Of a stretch of DNA of 64,000 nt, positions 60,701-64,000 are shown one piece after another. Within the stretch, counting starts at the first letter, position 1. The number at the start of each line of letters is the position of its first letter. The stretch lies in the NCBI GenBank assembly GCA_946557785.1, contig CAMNTH010000008.1:52085-116084 (forward strand). The letters run 5' to 3'. Position numbers and translations under genes: made by a program. The notes beneath the pieces were generated by a model. That model made no database searches. It was not told where the DNA came from and worked only from the letters and a program-made list of their open reading frames with translations. The DNA comes from an uncultured Blautia sp. Its GTDB lineage: Bacteria; Bacillota; Clostridia; Lachnospirales; Lachnospiraceae.

Positions 60701-62567
60701 ATTGTGTATTCTCCTTTATTTCTAAAATAATCATGTCTATATGTTTCTTTAAATCACTTTTACTTGTAATATCCGGCAAAGGCTCAGGTTCATAGGTTGA
60801 TTTGATCTCTGTATTCCAGTCTTTTTCGGTAAGGTGGGCAAATTCAAATGCCTGTGCCTGATAATAAAACCCATTCCCGAAGCTGTGAATCCAATCTTTC
60901 GGATACGCAGATACACTTACTTTAGTTCCCAGAGGCTTTACATCATCCTCAAAGAATGGCTTTTCTGACGAATCATAATCCTCTGTTTTTTCCAGGATGG
61001 AATTGGGAATCAATGCTTCTGCATCATGTAGATTAAAGAGAATAAAGCTTTCAGTTCCATATTGCTTTCGTGTTCCGATTACACGGTATTTATAACTTAT
61101 ATTCCAACCAAATAATTCGAACAGATTAGGCAGAAATGCGGAGCCGGAAATCTGTCTTGGATAACGCTGGCCATTTGTAACCGTTGACCAGTGAAGCGCT
61201 GTTTTACTTTTGGATTCTGCAGGTCTGACAGCGAAACAAAATTTTTCCGGATGCACGAGAAATTCCACATGATTAGAATCAAGCTTTCTGACACATTCCG
61301 TGGTGAAAACTACAGTTTTAGATGAAAAAGTAATGCGGATCTGATTGGCGGTATCGAAAAATTCAGCTCTTGCCACTTCATATCCTCTCAGGTCAAATTC
61401 GCCTGATTCAACCGTTACGGACGGCTCCATTTCTTGATTAGACGTTTTATAAAGAGCTGAGTATGCTTTCTTATAATCACTTGCCTTAAAAGCAGCCCAT
61501 CGGGGGTGCACGGTAATAAATCCTTTCAGAATACCAGTAGTGATCACATGCAGTTTTGGAGTGGGATCTGCATTTCCATGCTTTGCACTGGCAATCAAAC
61601 GCTGAACAGCAATGAAATCTGAACGTGAAATGATTGCTTCATGATGTTCTTTTTTTCGATACTGATTGCGGTTCTGTTTGTTCTTTTTAGACTTATGGTC
61701 AAGATAGTTTGGAGTATATGTTTTTCTTGCAAGCACATCACCACAATGGCGTTCATTTTCCAGTTGCTGAAGTACTGTATTGGCTGACCAGGAAGTATTT
61801 CCAAGTTTTGTTTTTCTTTTTAAATCCGTCAAAATCTTTGCAATTTCCTGACAGGTATAGCCATACAGATACATGAAAAAGATCAGGCGGACGGTCTTAG
61901 CTTCTTCTTCATTGATGACTAATGTACCTTCTTCATTATGGTCGAAGCCAAGTAATGGAGGAGTCAGGAAAATACCGCGGCGAAAGCGCATTTCTATGGA
62001 TGCATTCATGATCTCACTTTTGTTATGACTTTCTTCCTGAGCTAGTGTAGAGATAAAGGATAGACTCATTTCGCTGTTACTATGTAAGGTGTAAATGTTT
62101 TCTGTTTCAAAAAACACTCCGATAGGAGGATTGAGAGCAGCAAGCTGGCGGACATAACCGATGCAGTCAAGGACATTTCTGGCAAAACGGGAAACGCTTT
62201 TGGTAACAATCAGGTCGATTTTTGCGGCATGACAATCTTCGATCATCCTTACAAAGGCATCTCTGTGTGACAGGGAAGTTCCAGATATTCCTTCATCTGC
62301 ATATATTTCGACAAGTCGCCATCCTGGATGCCTGCTTACCACATCCTGATAGTGGTTCTTTTGTAATTCATATGAAGAAGTCTGACGTGGATCATCAGTG
62401 GAAACTCTTGCATAGACAGCTACTCTTTTCTCGCTTTCATCATCATAAAAACTTGTCTGAGGAAGAGCTGGGATAACGTCAAGTTCATCTACATTGACAC
62501 CTGTGTATCTGCGGCGTATTTTCTCCTTTTGAGATAATCGGTTTTCTGCTTTTTTGTTGTTATTCAT
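60690..62567 (-). CDS. Large serine recombinase with an atypical C-terminal domain
   Basis: VAVYARVS56T, IYADEGISG, KSVSRFAR, AQEESHNKS, recombinase domain (LGFD, NE.HCGD, HEAII). Confidence 0.93.
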   Translation of the reverse strand: MNNNKKAENRLSQKEKIRRRYTGVNVDELDVIPALPQTSFYDDESEKRVAVYARVSTDDPRQTSSYELQKNHYQDVVSRHPGWRLVEIYADEGISGTSLSHRDAFVRMIEDCHAAKIDLIVTKSVSRFARNVLDCIGYVRQLAALNPPIGVFFETENIYTLHSNSEMSLSFISTLAQEESHNKSEIMNASIEMRFRRGIFLTPPLLGFDHNEEGTLVINEEEAKTVRLIFFMYLYGYTCQEIAKILTDLKRKTKLGNTSWSANTVLQQLENERHCGDVLARKTYTPNYLDHKSKKNKQNRNQYRKKEHHEAIISRSDFIAVQRLIASAKHGNADPTPKLHVITTGILKGFITVHPRWAAFKASDYKKAYSALYKTSNQEMEPSVTVESGEFDLRGYEVARAEFFDTANQIRITFSSKTVVFTTECVRKLDSNHVEFLVHPEKFCFAVRPAESKSKTALHWSTVTNGQRYPRQISGSAFLPNLFELFGWNISYKYRVIGTRKQYGTESFILFNLHDAEALIPNSILEKTEDYDSSEKPFFEDDVKPLGTKVSVSAYPKDWIHSFGNGFYYQAQAFEFAHLTEKDWNTEIKSTYEPEPLPDITSKSDLKKHIDMIILEIKENTQYEC

Positions 62568-62779
62568 AAAATTTGTTCCTTTGACTTATATTGGGATTTC
62601 ATTATAGCGTTGCTAAATACAGAATAAAATGGACTGGCGGTTAAGTTATTAACCACTGGTTATAGAAATGGCCAATTTATTTTGAGATTATTCTGTGTCA
62701 GACTATTTGATTTATTCGATGAGGCTGATAGCAAGAGTAAGGCTAGACTAAGTGGAATATTTTTCAGGAGGAATAAAGT

Positions 62780-63139
62780 ATGGTAGATTTCAAGTTGATT
62801 GGATTAAGAATTAAGGAAAAGCGTTTTGAAGAGCAGATTACACAGGCATATCTGGCGGAGCAGGCAGATCTTTCTCCGCAGTACCTGAGTCAGGTGGAAG
62901 CAGGAAAAAAGAGAATTAGTTTGGAGTCGTTAGTAGAAATTGCAAGGGCATTACATACGACTGTGGATGATTTGTTAACAGGAAATCAGTTTGATACAGA
63001 GGATCAGTATGTAAGAGAAATCAGTAAGCTGTTGGAAGACTGTTCAGTGACAGAGCGGAAAATCATGTTTGAACTGATGGAGACAGTAAAAAAAGTTATT
63101 CATGAAAATATAATTTATTTTGAAAAGACAAGAAAATAA
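62780..63139 (+). CDS. XRE-family regulator divergent from the recombinase operon
   Basis: IGLRIKEKR...TQAYLAEQADLSPQYLSQVEAG. Confidence 0.9.
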   Translation: MVDFKLIGLRIKEKRFEEQITQAYLAEQADLSPQYLSQVEAGKKRISLESLVEIARALHTTVDDLLTGNQFDTEDQYVREISKLLEDCSVTERKIMFELMETVKKVIHENIIYFEKTRK

Positions 63140-63456
63140 ATGAATTGACCGTGAAAATTCAAAGATATCGGATATTTGCCGCTATACCTACTGCAGCAAC
63201 ATGGTGATGTGGGACATGAATACAAAGATGCTTCAATATTTGGATGGAGGACTTTGGAGACAGTGAGGAAGAAACTGGAAAAGGTGAAGGGTGAAAAGCC
63301 TGTATCGCAGAAAATGTTCCGGACAATCTGATAGGGGATGGTAAGACGCTCTGCCTTGACGGGGCGTTTTCTTAATTTTTCGTAAGTATCATTATAGAAA
63401 CTTGTATTTATCAACCACACAGCTTATAATGGAGACTGTGTTAGTGGAGGTGGATC

Positions 63457-63654
63457 ATGACAACATGGGATATGATAAGAGAGTTGTATGAGAAATAGAA
63501 TATTAGTCTTGCGGAGCTTTGCAGACGAATCGGACAGACCCCGCAAAACTTCAATAAGAGGCTGAAGTGAGGTACAGTTTCTTTTGAGAAAATGGTGGAA
63601 ATAGCAGAGGTACTGGATGTTGGATATGAGCAAGTGTTTGTGAAAAGTGTATAG
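63457..63654 (+). pseudogene. Cro/XRE HTH pseudogene with two in-frame stops
   Basis: RBS GGAGG; MTTWDMIRELYEK*NISLAELCRRIGQTPQNFNKRLK*GTVSFEKMVEIAEVLDVGYEQVF. Confidence 0.75.
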
Positions 63655-63770
63655 ATTACATACATAATCCAAGTCTTGCGCCGACTGGTTCAACTGAAAG
63701 AAATACGATTGCACGCCCCGTTTGTTACTTGTGCAAGTGCACAGATGATAATAAAAAAGGAGGTAGAAGA

Positions 63771-64000
63771 ATGATAATTAGTGCAAGTCGAAGGACGGAT
63801 ATTCCAACATACTATTCTGAATGGTTGTTTAATAGACTTAAAGAAGGGGTTGTTCTGGTAAGAAATCCTATGAATATTCATCAGATTGGTAGAATAAATT
63901 TATCTCCTGATGTTGTTGATGGAATCGTGTTTTGGACTAAAAATCCCGTATCAATGCTGGACCGCCTTTCTGAACTGGATAGATATAATTACTATTTTCA
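63771..64000 (+). CDS. DUF1848-family protein (5' part; runs off the window)
   Basis: RBS AGGAGG; MIISASRRTDIPTYYSEWLFNRL...VFWTKNP; absent from the ORF track because it has no stop in the window. Confidence 0.88.
   Translation, partial: MIISASRRTDIPTYYSEWLFNRLKEGVVLVRNPMNIHQIGRINLSPDVVDGIVFWTKNPVSMLDRLSELDRYNYYF

Larger units (their letters stand above)
57500..64000. mobile_element. Probable end of an integrative element or genomic island that continues beyond the window
   Basis: Serine recombinase operon, divergent XRE gene, pseudogene debris and DUF1848 cargo; no att site identified, left boundary approximate. Confidence 0.6.

Noticed and set aside
63161-63331. Open stretch KDIGYLPLYLL...KMFRTI after the XRE gene
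   Set aside because: No start codon or RBS and no recognisable family; possibly debris.
63424-63881. Minus-strand ORFs in the ORF track
   Set aside because: Better explained as the reverse of the plus-strand HTH pseudogene and DUF1848.
1-64000. tRNA or rRNA genes
   Set aside because: No cloverleaf or rRNA signature recognised by eye; tRNAscan-SE and Infernal would be decisive.

Overview
Firmicute chromosomal window, inferred to be Lachnospiraceae-like from gene content and order. About 57 kb is core or semi-core: spo0A, glgA, recA-recX-rny, spoIIM-xerD, DAHP synthase, spoVB-like, iscR-iscS-nifU-mnmA, gap-pgk-tpiA, hom, gpmI, sfsA-mutY, topB and a hybrid kinase. An AraC-controlled sugar locus (isomerase, ABC transporter, GH106-like hydrolase) sits between rny and spoIIM, and its two promoters share a 28-bp site. 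There is a decayed MATE gene, an L,D-transpeptidase with a 30-bp acidic tandem repeat, and a heavily deleted group II intron remnant (54537-55275). The last ~6.5 kb looks like one end of an integrative element. Its most striking part is a five-gene overlapping operon (57839-62567, minus strand). It encodes a large serine recombinase whose usual zinc-ribbon/coiled-coil region appears replaced by a ~130-aa domain, two stand-alone paralogues of that same domain, and two ParB-like proteins. One ParB-like protein has a degenerate motif and the other ends in a beta-clamp-binding-like QIALF. No rRNA, tRNA or CRISPR array was recognised. All calls come from reading the sequence by eye; no searches were run.
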